The notes: generated by a model from the sequence alone, not told the origin. DNA of 64,000 bases from an uncultured Candidatus Saccharibacteria bacterium (GCA_964414295.1 CAYPVU010000010.1:6937-70936), one strand, 5' to 3'; numbered from the stretch's first letter, positions 39,574-49,587 are shown. A program made the numbers and translations.

Positions 39574-40068
39574 ATGTTTAAAAATAAGACTTTAGTAGCA
39601 GTAATGATGGGAGCTTTTCTATTGGCAGCGCCATTAGTATCTCCTTTATTAACTGCAAAAGCAGATAACTTAATCTGTACAGTTTTCCCATTTATCAATA
39701 GTGTTACAGCTTTTGGTATTAATGCATTATGTTCAGAAGGTGGAATTAGTGCAGATACAACAAGTAATACAATTAGAAGTACATTCAACTTAATTGTATC
39801 TTTAATCTTTGTTGCAATTATTATCTTCTCAATTTACGTAATAATTAAAGCAGCTATTAAATACATTAGAAGTGAAGGTGATCCAGCTAAAATTGAAGAA
39901 GCTCAAAAAGCAATTAAATCTGTATTCATTGGTATTGCAGCTTTATTTGTAGGATTAATCGGAATTATTATTGTTATTGCATTCTTTGGTGCAGGTGGAG
40001 CATTAAACTCGGATCAAAATGCAGTAAATACAAGTCCATTATTAAACTCAATCTTAAACGGAAATTAA
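39574..40068 (+). CDS. TrbC/VirB2-like pilin 5 (probable major subunit)
   Basis: Signal peptide (AKA), Cys pair, two TMs flanking RSEGDPAKIEEAQKAIKSVFIG; followed by terminator. Confidence 0.82.
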   Translation: MFKNKTLVAVMMGAFLLAAPLVSPLLTAKADNLICTVFPFINSVTAFGINALCSEGGISADTTSNTIRSTFNLIVSLIFVAIIIFSIYVIIKAAIKYIRSEGDPAKIEEAQKAIKSVFIGIAALFVGLIGIIIVIAFFGAGGALNSDQNAVNTSPLLNSILNGN

Positions 40069-40084
40069 TTAATTTTAATTTCTT

Positions 40085-40113
40085 AAAGCCCGCCTTTTGG
40101 CGGGCTTTTTTTT
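40085..40113 (+). terminator. Rho-independent terminator
   Basis: AAAGCCCGCC-TTTT-GGCGGGCTTT plus T-tract. Confidence 0.9.
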
Positions 40114-40177
40114 ATCTTCTTGATAAGCTATTATCTTTAATCTATAGTGTATTGAGTATTAATGTTATTATCTTCTC

Positions 40178-40990
40178 ATGAATAAAAAGAAAAAATTAGT
40201 TTATTTACTTCTTTTGCTTAATCTCTTTTTTGGTCAATTTGCGGTAGTACATGCACAATTACAGACCTTTGATTTCTCCGCCAATAATCCAGAAAGCTAC
40301 CAATGTTTTAATAAAGAAACAGGAGAGATATTAGATATACCCGTTGAGCCAACTCCGGACGAATTTGGTAATTACTATTGTAATAATGGAGGAACTAGAG
40401 TTATAGCTCAATTAAAACCTCCTACACTCCAGCAATTAGAAGTTTGGTTTGTTAGAATTTTATACGCAATTTGGGGTCTTGTGGCTTCTTTATCCTTTCT
40501 ATTCTTAGTTAAGTTAGGATACGAATACACAATATCTAGAGGGGACCCTACAAAGATAACAGAAGTAAGAAAAAGAATTGTAAGTTATTTAATAGGTTTT
40601 GCTCTTGTATTTTTAGCTGTCCCAATATTAACTACAGTATTTAGATTGTTAGGCATTAATACTAATGCGCAGTGTTATAACGTTAATATGCCTGGCTTTA
40701 GATTCTTTTATGCTACATTATGTACCGACCCTAAGGGAGTGATCGCATCTAAATTTGCCTCTAATCCGTGTCAGGCATTTATTGATGGAGAAGCGCCAGA
40801 AGGTATTACTTGTAGCGGAACTCCTTATGCGGGTGGTGCACCAGTTACATGTGGTGTAGTTGGTTTAGCTTCAATTTCATTAACATGCCAAGTTCAAGAA
40901 GGAGATAGCCCAGGTGCATCAACGTGGTGTAGAACATCAACTTTATTTGGCTTTTGCTCATCATCGTGTAACCCATCGGGTTGTCCATAA
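40178..40990 (+). CDS. TrbC/VirB2-like pilin 6 with Cys-rich C-terminal domain
   Basis: Signal peptide (VHA), two TMs flanking SRGDPTKITEVRKRIVSYLIG, about ten C-terminal Cys. Confidence 0.75.
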   Translation: MNKKKKLVYLLLLLNLFFGQFAVVHAQLQTFDFSANNPESYQCFNKETGEILDIPVEPTPDEFGNYYCNNGGTRVIAQLKPPTLQQLEVWFVRILYAIWGLVASLSFLFLVKLGYEYTISRGDPTKITEVRKRIVSYLIGFALVFLAVPILTTVFRLLGINTNAQCYNVNMPGFRFFYATLCTDPKGVIASKFASNPCQAFIDGEAPEGITCSGTPYAGGAPVTCGVVGLASISLTCQVQEGDSPGASTWCRTSTLFGFCSSSCNPSGCP

Positions 40991-42489
40991 TGATTCAATT
41001 TATTAGTTTAAAAAAAAATAACGTTCAAATTAATTTATTGGAAAGTTCAATAGATTTGAACACGCTTGAAGATCTTGTTAAATTACTTAATAGGGATTCT
41101 AGTATTGATATTGAATTAGCATTTAAAATTAATAAAGCTAATAGATCAGAGCAGTTTTTAATAAATAAGACTTCAATTTTAAAAGAGGGAAATGTAATAG
41201 AAGAGAATTCTTTTTTTAATCTAGTAAAAGCTGAACTAGGAATTATTTTAGATGCTAATATTCTAAAAAGTAGATTCCTAGAAGCAAGTAGTTTAAATGA
41301 TCTAGAAGCTTCTTTCAATTCTTTAAACTTAACAACTGATCCAGAGTTAGAAACTAAGATAAACTCTAAAACTCAACAACAAACAGAATTAAAAACTCAA
41401 CTTCTTAATACTTTAGATGAAGATCAAAAGAGTAAATTTACTAGATTAGAAGAGGTTACTCAGAGGATTGCATCTATTCAGGTTCAGGTAGATTTTTACC
41501 AAAATGAAAAGAAAATAAAAGAAGAACTTAATAGTAATATAAAAAAATATAAGATTGATAAAGAAAATATCAATCAAATGCTTCAATCCGTAGAGTTGTT
41601 AATAGAAAATAAAGAATCGTTAAATTTAAAACTAAAGTCCTTTGAGCAATTTAGTGATTCTTACGATAAAGTTAAGGAATTAAAAGCTCAAAAAATCAAC
41701 TATCTGAACTCTAAATTATCTATAAGACATTCACCTGGATCCTCAATTTTAGAAGACGATATTAAGGAAGCTGAAAATAAATCTAGTTCACTAAATTTAT
41801 TCTTAGTAATTCCAATTATAAATTTATTGATAACATTTGTAGTTTTTTTAGTTACTTATAATGCAGCGGTACTTTTAATCGGAATCCTTTTTACTGTATT
41901 CTTAATGATTATTTATATTGTATCTAGATTTTTTAAAGATTCATTAGAAGATGTTGAAGAATTAAATAATAAAGCATTTTCTCCCCAAGCGGATTCTAAA
42001 GAAGGTGTTGCAGAAGTAGAAGACCCAAATACTCAATTATTTATAAATAGTGCATGGGCTAAAGCAATAAAAGATGAATTAGAAGTTGTAGATGAAAATA
42101 TTACAAAAAGCTTAAATGGGAAGTCTTATGAGGCTCTAAAGCAGGATCTTACAAATTTAGATTTAAATATAGAAAAAGAAAATAATAAATTGGAAGAGTT
42201 AACTCAAAAAGCAATAACCTCAGATGAGTACTATAAAAAAAGAAGAGAAATAGATATTTTAAAAATCGAAAAAGAGAATCTGGAATATGGTTTAAAGTTA
42301 GAGCCTACCATAAATAATAAAATACAAGATTTATCAAAAGAAATAGAAAATTTAAAGCTATTAACAGAAATGGGACAGAAAACTAATGCTTTAGTGCCCG
42401 TTTTTATCAAATTTAGTGAGAATTTGCCTCAAATTGAGCAAATTAAGCAAATAATTAGTGCACAGGTAATTCTCGTAGGGTTAAATTAA
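40990..42489 (+). CDS. Long coiled-coil protein with central TM hairpin
   Basis: Heptad-rich arms flanking two TMs (about aa 270-315); no Walker motifs; TAATG overlap with pilin 6. Confidence 0.65.
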   Translation: MIQFISLKKNNVQINLLESSIDLNTLEDLVKLLNRDSSIDIELAFKINKANRSEQFLINKTSILKEGNVIEENSFFNLVKAELGIILDANILKSRFLEASSLNDLEASFNSLNLTTDPELETKINSKTQQQTELKTQLLNTLDEDQKSKFTRLEEVTQRIASIQVQVDFYQNEKKIKEELNSNIKKYKIDKENINQMLQSVELLIENKESLNLKLKSFEQFSDSYDKVKELKAQKINYLNSKLSIRHSPGSSILEDDIKEAENKSSSLNLFLVIPIINLLITFVVFLVTYNAAVLLIGILFTVFLMIIYIVSRFFKDSLEDVEELNNKAFSPQADSKEGVAEVEDPNTQLFINSAWAKAIKDELEVVDENITKSLNGKSYEALKQDLTNLDLNIEKENNKLEELTQKAITSDEYYKKRREIDILKIEKENLEYGLKLEPTINNKIQDLSKEIENLKLLTEMGQKTNALVPVFIKFSENLPQIEQIKQIISAQVILVGLN

Positions 42490-42504
42490 AGTTATAATCT
42501 AGTT

Positions 42505-43290
42505 ATGTCTAATAATACCTCAGGTAATCAGAATAATGGAGAAAATAACGGATCTAATAATTCGTTTAGCTACCCACAGCCTGTTTATCCTGGAAGTATG
42601 GCAAACCCATTTAACGGGTATTACTATTATCCTTCTAATATGCAACAACCACAAAATAATAGAGATTACATATTAAAGATGAGAGAGCAGGAGGCTAATA
42701 AAATTGTTCCAGAAAAAAAAGGAATGCCTTGGTCTTCAATTATTTTAAAGCCTAATTTAGTATTCGAAACACAAAATCCTAACGAAAAGGTTTTTGTTTT
42801 AGTAAGGGCACATTGGTTAACTAATCTAGGATGGTTTTTAAGAAATCTTTTCTTAGCAATTCTTCCATTTATAGTATTCTCTTTACTAGAATATTTCGGA
42901 ATTCGAATTGATTTAACCTTTATAGGCAGTAAAGCTTCTACAATCTTAGGACTGCTTTATTATTCTTTTATATTTACAAGTATAGTAAGTAACTTTATTG
43001 ACTGGTATTTTGACCCATTTATAGTTACTGATATTCGTATAATGGATTATGACTATAAGCCTTATTCAAATTATAAAGTTTCCGAAGTTAACTTACAGGA
43101 TATTCAAGAAGTAAAGGAAAGATCTGCAGGTTTAATTGGAGATATCTTTAATTTTGGAAACGTTTATATCTATAGTGCCAGCGATAGAACAGAAATGATT
43201 TGTTCTAACGTGCCTTCACCTACAAAAGTTAGAGATATTATTATCGATTTATCTACCGTAGCTAAAACATATAAATATGACAATCTCTGA
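42505..43290 (+). CDS. Membrane protein with bacterial PH (bPH_2-like) domain
   Basis: EKVFVLVRAHW, two TMs, WYFDPFIVTDIRI..IQEV...IFNFGNVYI..VPSP..V. Confidence 0.75.
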   Translation: MSNNTSGNQNNGENNGSNNSFSYPQPVYPGSMANPFNGYYYYPSNMQQPQNNRDYILKMREQEANKIVPEKKGMPWSSIILKPNLVFETQNPNEKVFVLVRAHWLTNLGWFLRNLFLAILPFIVFSLLEYFGIRIDLTFIGSKASTILGLLYYSFIFTSIVSNFIDWYFDPFIVTDIRIMDYDYKPYSNYKVSEVNLQDIQEVKERSAGLIGDIFNFGNVYIYSASDRTEMICSNVPSPTKVRDIIIDLSTVAKTYKYDNL

Positions 43291-43498
43291 ACTATTAACA
43301 CCTGAAATAATTGAGTTTATTAAAGTTATTGCAATTATTATTGGATTAGTACATTTATTAGCTGGATTTATATTAGTATTCCAGACTTTTAGAATGAATC
43401 GAATTATAAAAACCCCGAATGCTCCTATTTTTAGTATTATTGCAATTGTCTACATTGCTGTATTAATGGCTACGTTAATTTTAATCTTGAGTGCATAG
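43277..43498 (+). CDS. Small two-TM protein (DUF5657-like)
   Basis: Two TMs around Q...MN..I.T pattern. Confidence 0.6.
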   Translation: MTISELLTPEIIEFIKVIAIIIGLVHLLAGFILVFQTFRMNRIIKTPNAPIFSIIAIVYIAVLMATLILILSA

Positions 43499-43554
43499 AA
43501 TACATTTTCTTTTTTGATATACTGTTTTAAGGATAGTTAATCTTTTTAAAGTAT

Positions 43555-46053
43555 ATGCATTTAAGAGCAGATTTTATTGTAGGAACTCAAACCTCTAATT
43601 CATGGTCAGGAGTATATGGTTTTAAACCAGAAGACTCTATTGAGCCGCTAGAACTTTTTGCCATTATTAAGTTGGAATCCCTTACCAGCGAAGACAGATT
43701 AGAGGCTCTGGCTAAAATGTTTTTAGATGAACTCCAAAACTATCTATTTAACGAAGGTAAAGAGGGAAACTATATAATTAGACTAGAAAATGCTGTTTGG
43801 AAAATGAAATCCAAAATGGAGTTGCTTTTATCTTCAGATGAAAGATATTCCCAAAATGGATTAGATATAGAAATTGCTCTTACTTTATTCGATAAGAATT
43901 TTCTTTACTTAGGTGTAATAGGCGAAAGCAAGATCTTTATTAAAAGAGAGGATAAATTTGTAGAGCTTTCTCAAGGTTTATCTGATGCAAACATGATGGG
44001 CTTCTTAAAAACAGGAAGTCTAGAACTGGAAGAAGGGGATAGACTGGTTTTAGCAACCAATACAGCTGCAGAACAAGGGCTGGGAAGTATAGAGGCTTCT
44101 GTTAATAATTTAAATATTCAAGCATTGTCATCATTAACTAGTGGAAAAGGTACTGCAGTACTACTTTTAGCAGATGAAAAAGATAATTGGACAGAAAAAG
44201 AAATTATAGATGAAGAGTTTATTCCAGAAACTCCTATTAATTTAGAAACTGAAGATAATCAACATCAAGAATCTGCCAAATTTATACCTATTCAAGAAGA
44301 AGATTTTGAAGATAATACCGAATATATTGCTACAGAGTCAAACGAAGAAGAGTTAAACCTACAGCCATTAGAAGATAAAATTATTCCCGTAGAGAGGGAG
44401 GAAGTTGTTTTAAATACTAATATAACAGAATTGAATGAAAATGAATTACCAAAAGGAAAGGTCTTATTAAATTCAGTAGGGAGTAAATTATCTTCAAGTA
44501 TGAGGGTAGGGGCAAGTAAACTTACTGATTTACGCACGAGAATGAAAAGAGTTCCCCTAGAAAACGCAACTGAATTTAATAATGACATAGATAATTCAGT
44601 AGAGATTAAAGAATCAAAAGTAGGTTCAGTACTCACTAAAACTGCACCGATTCTAAATTCTATACAATCCTTTGTGCAAAACAAGTTAATGCCTTTCTTT
44701 AAAAAAAGTAATAAAACATATATTAAATATTTAAGAGATTTTGTTTTACTTGTAGTTGGATTAATTAAAAAATTCGTGGCATGGTTTAAAAAAGAATTTA
44801 TTGGTGGAGGAGTTGATGATAGAAGGAATATTTTTGAAAAAGCAAAAAAAAGAAAAAGAAATAGAATTATTTTAATTGTACTTGTAGTTATTTTGGCAAT
44901 ATTAATTGTATCAGCGATTAATAATAGAAATGCACAATTAAGGGAACAGGAAAGAATCGATACTGCTAGATCAAATGTAGATCAATATAAATCTGAACTA
45001 GACAATTTAGTAAGACAAGCAAATAGTAATCTTAATGATACTCAGAAAAATACTGTAATAGATCAGTTAGATAAACTAAACACTAGTTTAGAAACACAAA
45101 AAAGACAGGATTTATTTATAGATGAAATTGCAAATTATCAAACAACCATTACCAAAACAAAAGATAAAGTTTTAGGTGTTGTTGGCTTTACGGACCCACA
45201 AATGGTTGCAGATATTGGGAAAATCTATTCAGATGCAAATTTAATAGATATGGTTTATACGGATGGTAATTTATATGTGGGAGATAAGGCAAGAAATGCA
45301 ATATATCAAGTAGGAACAAATATAAATTCTCAGGTATCTCAATTTGCAACTGGTTTAAATGCCCCATATACAATGACAGTAAATGCGGCAGGAGACATTA
45401 TTTTCTTTGATTCAGATAGTACAAGTGCTGTAGGTAGAATATTTGTGGGGGAAAATGGCAGAATTGAAAGATATCCTGGATTAGCTCCTGCAGTTATTGG
45501 CACTGTTACTAAATCAGCAGTTTTTAGTGGTAATGATGCCTTATATGAATTACATCAAAATCATCAGCAGATATATAAAAGAGAAAAAGCAGGTGAAGAT
45601 TATACTAGTGGAGGAGCAGTATATAACACACAAAATCCACCAAACTGGAAAACAGACCCAGAGTTGGGAAGTGCAATAGATATAGATATCCCTTACGAGA
45701 TTTATGTTTTGATAAGAGGTAAAGGATTAAGAAGATATTTAGCTGGGGAAGCAAATACAATCTCTAAAGAAACCTTTGTAAATACTTCTCAAAAAGATAT
45801 TGACTCATTAGCATCTGCCACTGCATTTGACATAGATGGTAAACTATTGGCAGTTGCTGATCCAACAAACAGAAGAGTACTTTTATTCAGAATTGAAGAT
45901 AATGATGCTAAAACTTTGGCATACGAGAAATCTTATGTATATAGAGGTAATGACTCTACAACCTTTAAAAATATTAAAGAAATAGTTGTGAATGAATCAA
46001 GTAAGTATATCTTTGTATTGGATGGCACAGGAATAATAAGATTAGATATTTAA
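43555..46053 (+). CDS. Bitopic protein: degenerate PP2C-like N-domain, acidic linker, TM, coiled coil, beta-propeller-like C-domain
   Basis: LYLGVIGESKIFIKRE..GSLELEEGDRLVLAT (PP2C fold, metal Asp residues not evident); NHL-like repeats LYVGD, LAVADPTNRRVLLF, IFVLDG. Confidence 0.6.
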   Translation: MHLRADFIVGTQTSNSWSGVYGFKPEDSIEPLELFAIIKLESLTSEDRLEALAKMFLDELQNYLFNEGKEGNYIIRLENAVWKMKSKMELLLSSDERYSQNGLDIEIALTLFDKNFLYLGVIGESKIFIKREDKFVELSQGLSDANMMGFLKTGSLELEEGDRLVLATNTAAEQGLGSIEASVNNLNIQALSSLTSGKGTAVLLLADEKDNWTEKEIIDEEFIPETPINLETEDNQHQESAKFIPIQEEDFEDNTEYIATESNEEELNLQPLEDKIIPVEREEVVLNTNITELNENELPKGKVLLNSVGSKLSSSMRVGASKLTDLRTRMKRVPLENATEFNNDIDNSVEIKESKVGSVLTKTAPILNSIQSFVQNKLMPFFKKSNKTYIKYLRDFVLLVVGLIKKFVAWFKKEFIGGGVDDRRNIFEKAKKRKRNRIILIVLVVILAILIVSAINNRNAQLREQERIDTARSNVDQYKSELDNLVRQANSNLNDTQKNTVIDQLDKLNTSLETQKRQDLFIDEIANYQTTITKTKDKVLGVVGFTDPQMVADIGKIYSDANLIDMVYTDGNLYVGDKARNAIYQVGTNINSQVSQFATGLNAPYTMTVNAAGDIIFFDSDSTSAVGRIFVGENGRIERYPGLAPAVIGTVTKSAVFSGNDALYELHQNHQQIYKREKAGEDYTSGGAVYNTQNPPNWKTDPELGSAIDIDIPYEIYVLIRGKGLRRYLAGEANTISKETFVNTSQKDIDSLASATAFDIDGKLLAVADPTNRRVLLFRIEDNDAKTLAYEKSYVYRGNDSTTFKNIKEIVVNESSKYIFVLDGTGIIRLDI

Positions 46054-46055
46054 AC

Positions 46056-46511
46056 ATGAAAGTCCTAGCCAGTAATAAAAAGGCCTATTTTGATTTTGAT
46101 ATACTTGAAAATATTGTAGCAGGTATTAGTCTAGTTGGATGGGAAGTAAAATCAATTAAAGCAGGCAAAATAAGTTTAAATGGTGCTTACATTAAAGTAT
46201 TAAATGGAGAGATGTACTTAGAGAATGCAGTTGTGCCTTCGCTTAAATACACTCCTAACGTTTCTCAGCATCAAGAAAGCAGAAAAAGGAAGTTGTTGCT
46301 TACTAAAAGACAAATCTCTGTATTAACTGCAAATGCTAAACAACCCGGAAATACAATTGTCCCCTTAGAAGTAGTAGAAAATGATTCCGGATTAATAAAA
46401 GTAAATGTAGCATTAGTAAAGGGTAGAAAAAAGTTTGATAAAAGAGAGAAGTTAAAAGAAAAAGATATTCAGAAACGAATTAATTTTGAAAGAAAAAAGT
46501 ATAATATTTAA
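46056..46511 (+). CDS. smpB: SsrA-binding protein SmpB
   Basis: NKKAYFDF, AGISLVGWEVKSIKAG, RKRKLLL, KGRKKFDKRE. Confidence 0.97.
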   Translation: MKVLASNKKAYFDFDILENIVAGISLVGWEVKSIKAGKISLNGAYIKVLNGEMYLENAVVPSLKYTPNVSQHQESRKRKLLLTKRQISVLTANAKQPGNTIVPLEVVENDSGLIKVNVALVKGRKKFDKREKLKEKDIQKRINFERKKYNI

Positions 46512-46513
46512 AT

Positions 46514-47065
46514 ATGAGCAACTCCAATCAGACTTTAAAACAAAATAATGAAGAAAATTTAAAATTAGTAGAAAGATTTGGATTTAAATTTTTTGGATAT
46601 GATGAGAATTCTTTTACTCTTGTAGTTGCTCCAAATGGTCAAATAGTACCCTTGAATGTGGCGTATGAGTTTGTACAAACTCAAATTGCTAATTCTCAAA
46701 CATTTTCTGGAGGCGGAATGGAAGGAATGCCAAATATGCCAACTATGCCCACACTCCCCGAAGCTAAAGTTGAATCAAAGGTTGAGTCAGCTATAGAAAA
46801 TAGGATAGAGAAAAAACAAGAGAGTACAAATGATAATAATCAAACCCAGCAAACAGTATCTGCAACTCCTAAACAGGAGCCTGCTAAAAAAACTGAATTA
46901 GAATCTCCTTATGGAGATGGATTTAAAACTCCTATTAATCCTGCTTATATCGAAAAGGCTTTAGACTATATAAAAAGAAATAGCAAAAAATCATTAAGCT
47001 CTACTTCTAAATGGCTTTCTGTTCAATTTGAGAAATTTATTTCCGAACAGAATTCTGGCAAATAA
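46514..47065 (+). CDS. Hypothetical protein with low-complexity MP/PT linker
   Basis: Full ORF in operon between smpB and the coupling ATPase; MPNMPTMPTLP repeat. Confidence 0.6.
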   Translation: MSNSNQTLKQNNEENLKLVERFGFKFFGYDENSFTLVVAPNGQIVPLNVAYEFVQTQIANSQTFSGGGMEGMPNMPTMPTLPEAKVESKVESAIENRIEKKQESTNDNNQTQQTVSATPKQEPAKKTELESPYGDGFKTPINPAYIEKALDYIKRNSKKSLSSTSKWLSVQFEKFISEQNSGK

Positions 47066-47124
47066 TTCTTACTTAACTGCAGAGGGAAAATAATCTATAA
47101 TAAAGCGAATTATATATTTAATAA

Positions 47125-49584
47125 ATGTTTTCAGGACAGAATATTACAAATTTCAACACTACAGTTGATACTTCATGGGTTCAAGGAGCCGTAATCTTTT
47201 TACTTGTTCTACTTGTAGTATTAGTTGTCTTGGGCATAGTAATTGCCAAGTTTTTACAGAACTTTAAACAAGAAGTTTTAAAGAAAAAGGGGTTAAATCT
47301 TGTTTTTTATGAAGTAAAACTCCCCAAATCTAATGATGTAGAAATTAGAGCTGCAGAGCAAATGTTCACTGGTCTTATTGGTATAGGAGAGGAATTAAAA
47401 GGGTTTAAAAAGTTTGTAGGGGCAAGAAAGTTTGTAAGCTTTGAGATAGTTGCATTTAAAGAATCAATTAAGTTTTATGTTGTTTGTCCAAAAAGTATTT
47501 CTAATATTGTAGATAGGCAAATTAATGGAACCTACCCATTAGCAGAAATTAATCAGGTAAAGGAATATAATCTATTTCCAGATGGAGCATTTACTTCTTA
47601 TACATCTCTTAAGTTAGAAAAAGATACTAAAATTCCTTTTCAAACATATGAGGAACTTGCCGTAGATTCAATTGGAACAATAACTGATATTTTTAGTAAA
47701 CTACAAGAAAACGAAGGTGCTGTCTTTCAGGTTGTAATAACACCTGCCGGATCTGGTTGGAGAAATGAAGCTAAGTCTTTAGTTAAAAAGCTTAGAGAAC
47801 CAGCTAAAGAAGGAGAGACTGCTTCTAAGCCTAAATTTAATGATGATACTATTTCTTTAATTGATAAAAAAGCAGATAAATCTGGATTTTATACAGATAT
47901 AAGAATTGTATGTGTTTCCGATACAAAATTTGGTGCTGATTCTAATTTAGCCAATATTTTAAGTGTATTTGATCAATTCTTAAAAGAAGCAGGGAATCGA
48001 TTTAAGAAAACAAAAGAATCTGATTTAGGAAATTTTGCAGAAGACGTTATTTATAGAATTCCTAGGCTTTCAATGGTCTTAAATACTGCTGAACTGGCAA
48101 CTATTTTCCATTTCCCAAATAAAAATGTAACTTCTCCTCATATTAAATGGATGCTTGCTAAAAAGGCCCCGGCTCCAGATTTTGTAGCAAGTAATTACCA
48201 ACAAGACTATATGTATATTGGTAGAAACTCATTTAGAGGTCAATTTAAAGAAATATTCATAAAACCTGAAGATAGATTAAGGCATATGTATGTAATAGGT
48301 CAGACTGGTACTGGTAAATCGGGTTTTATGTCTGGAATGATGATAAGAGATATGAAACTAGGCCATGGTTGTGGTTATATTGACCCCCACGGCACAGATG
48401 CGGAGAAAATATTACAACAGGTTCCTCCTGAAAGAGTTGAAGATGTAATAATTTTTGATCCATCTGATTTAGAAAGACCTGTAGGATTGAACATGCTAGA
48501 GTTTTCAAATCCTGCACAACGTACACTTGTTACAAACGAAATGTTAAATATATTTGATACTTTGTATAACCTTAAAACAACCGGAGGTCCAATGTTTGAA
48601 CAGTACTTTAGGTATGCAATTATGCTTTTAACAGATGATGTAGAATCAGGCTCTACATTAATGGAGATCCCTAAGATCTTTGCAGATGACGGTTATAGAA
48701 ACTATAAACTTTCAAAATGTACCGACCAGGAAGTTATAGACTTCTGGAGAAAACAGGCAGAACAAGCAACAGGCGATGTGGGGTTAAAAAATGTAACCCC
48801 ATATGTTGTTTCTAAACTTGCACCATTTTTAACTAATCAATATGTAAGACCTATTATTGCACAGCAAACTTCTACAATAAATTTTAGAAAGATAATGGAT
48901 GAAGGCAAGATCCTGATTGTAAAACTTACTAAAGGTAGAATTGGAGATTTAAACGCTGCACTACTAGGTATGATTATTATTGGTAAGTTACTAATTGCTG
49001 CTTTAGAAAGAGAAGGTACAGATGAAAAATCAAGAAATCCATTTTATCTGTACATTGATGAGTTTCAAAACTATCTTACAGATGGAATTATGACAATTTT
49101 AGCTGAAGCTAGAAAGTACAGACTTTCCTTAACAATGGGACATCAATTCATAGGTCAGTTAACAAGAGAAGGTGGAAATACAAAAATTAGGGATGCTGTA
49201 TTTGGTAATGTAGGAAACAAAGCTATTTTTAGAGTAGGTGAGGATGATGCTGCATTCTTAAAGAAGGTTATTGGTGAAGGTTTTGAAGAACTTGATTTAC
49301 AGCAAATAGAAAACTTTAATTTTTATCTAAAAATGTTAGCAGACGGTAAGCCAACTCCAGCTTTTACAGCAAGATCTTTTTATGGTGATTCTAAATACGA
49401 TATGATAGGTTCATCAAGCTCTCAGATTGCCGATGTAGCTAAACAAATTTCTAGACTTCGTTATGGTAAAGATAGAAACATAATTGAAAATGAGATTAAA
49501 TTAAGAGGTACATTTATTAAAGAAAAAACAGAGGAAGAAAAGAAACCTGCTTCCTTATTTGGTGGCGGATTAGGCGGATTCTAG
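47125..49584 (+). CDS. VirD4/TraD (type IV coupling protein)/HerA-FtsK superfamily ATPase with N-terminal TM
   Basis: DRLRHMYVIGQTGTGKS, IDPHG, FYLYIDEFQNY, ILAEARKYRLSL..HQ, AVFGNVG..FRVG..DA. Confidence 0.88.
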   Translation: MFSGQNITNFNTTVDTSWVQGAVIFLLVLLVVLVVLGIVIAKFLQNFKQEVLKKKGLNLVFYEVKLPKSNDVEIRAAEQMFTGLIGIGEELKGFKKFVGARKFVSFEIVAFKESIKFYVVCPKSISNIVDRQINGTYPLAEINQVKEYNLFPDGAFTSYTSLKLEKDTKIPFQTYEELAVDSIGTITDIFSKLQENEGAVFQVVITPAGSGWRNEAKSLVKKLREPAKEGETASKPKFNDDTISLIDKKADKSGFYTDIRIVCVSDTKFGADSNLANILSVFDQFLKEAGNRFKKTKESDLGNFAEDVIYRIPRLSMVLNTAELATIFHFPNKNVTSPHIKWMLAKKAPAPDFVASNYQQDYMYIGRNSFRGQFKEIFIKPEDRLRHMYVIGQTGTGKSGFMSGMMIRDMKLGHGCGYIDPHGTDAEKILQQVPPERVEDVIIFDPSDLERPVGLNMLEFSNPAQRTLVTNEMLNIFDTLYNLKTTGGPMFEQYFRYAIMLLTDDVESGSTLMEIPKIFADDGYRNYKLSKCTDQEVIDFWRKQAEQATGDVGLKNVTPYVVSKLAPFLTNQYVRPIIAQQTSTINFRKIMDEGKILIVKLTKGRIGDLNAALLGMIIIGKLLIAALEREGTDEKSRNPFYLYIDEFQNYLTDGIMTILAEARKYRLSLTMGHQFIGQLTREGGNTKIRDAVFGNVGNKAIFRVGEDDAAFLKKVIGEGFEELDLQQIENFNFYLKMLADGKPTPAFTARSFYGDSKYDMIGSSSSQIADVAKQISRLRYGKDRNIIENEIKLRGTFIKEKTEEEKKPASLFGGGLGGF

Positions 49585-49587
49585 TAT

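Noticed and set aside
37560-49584. Integrative conjugative element
   Set aside because: No relaxase, VirB4 or bounding repeats seen; smpB is embedded; composition matches the chromosome
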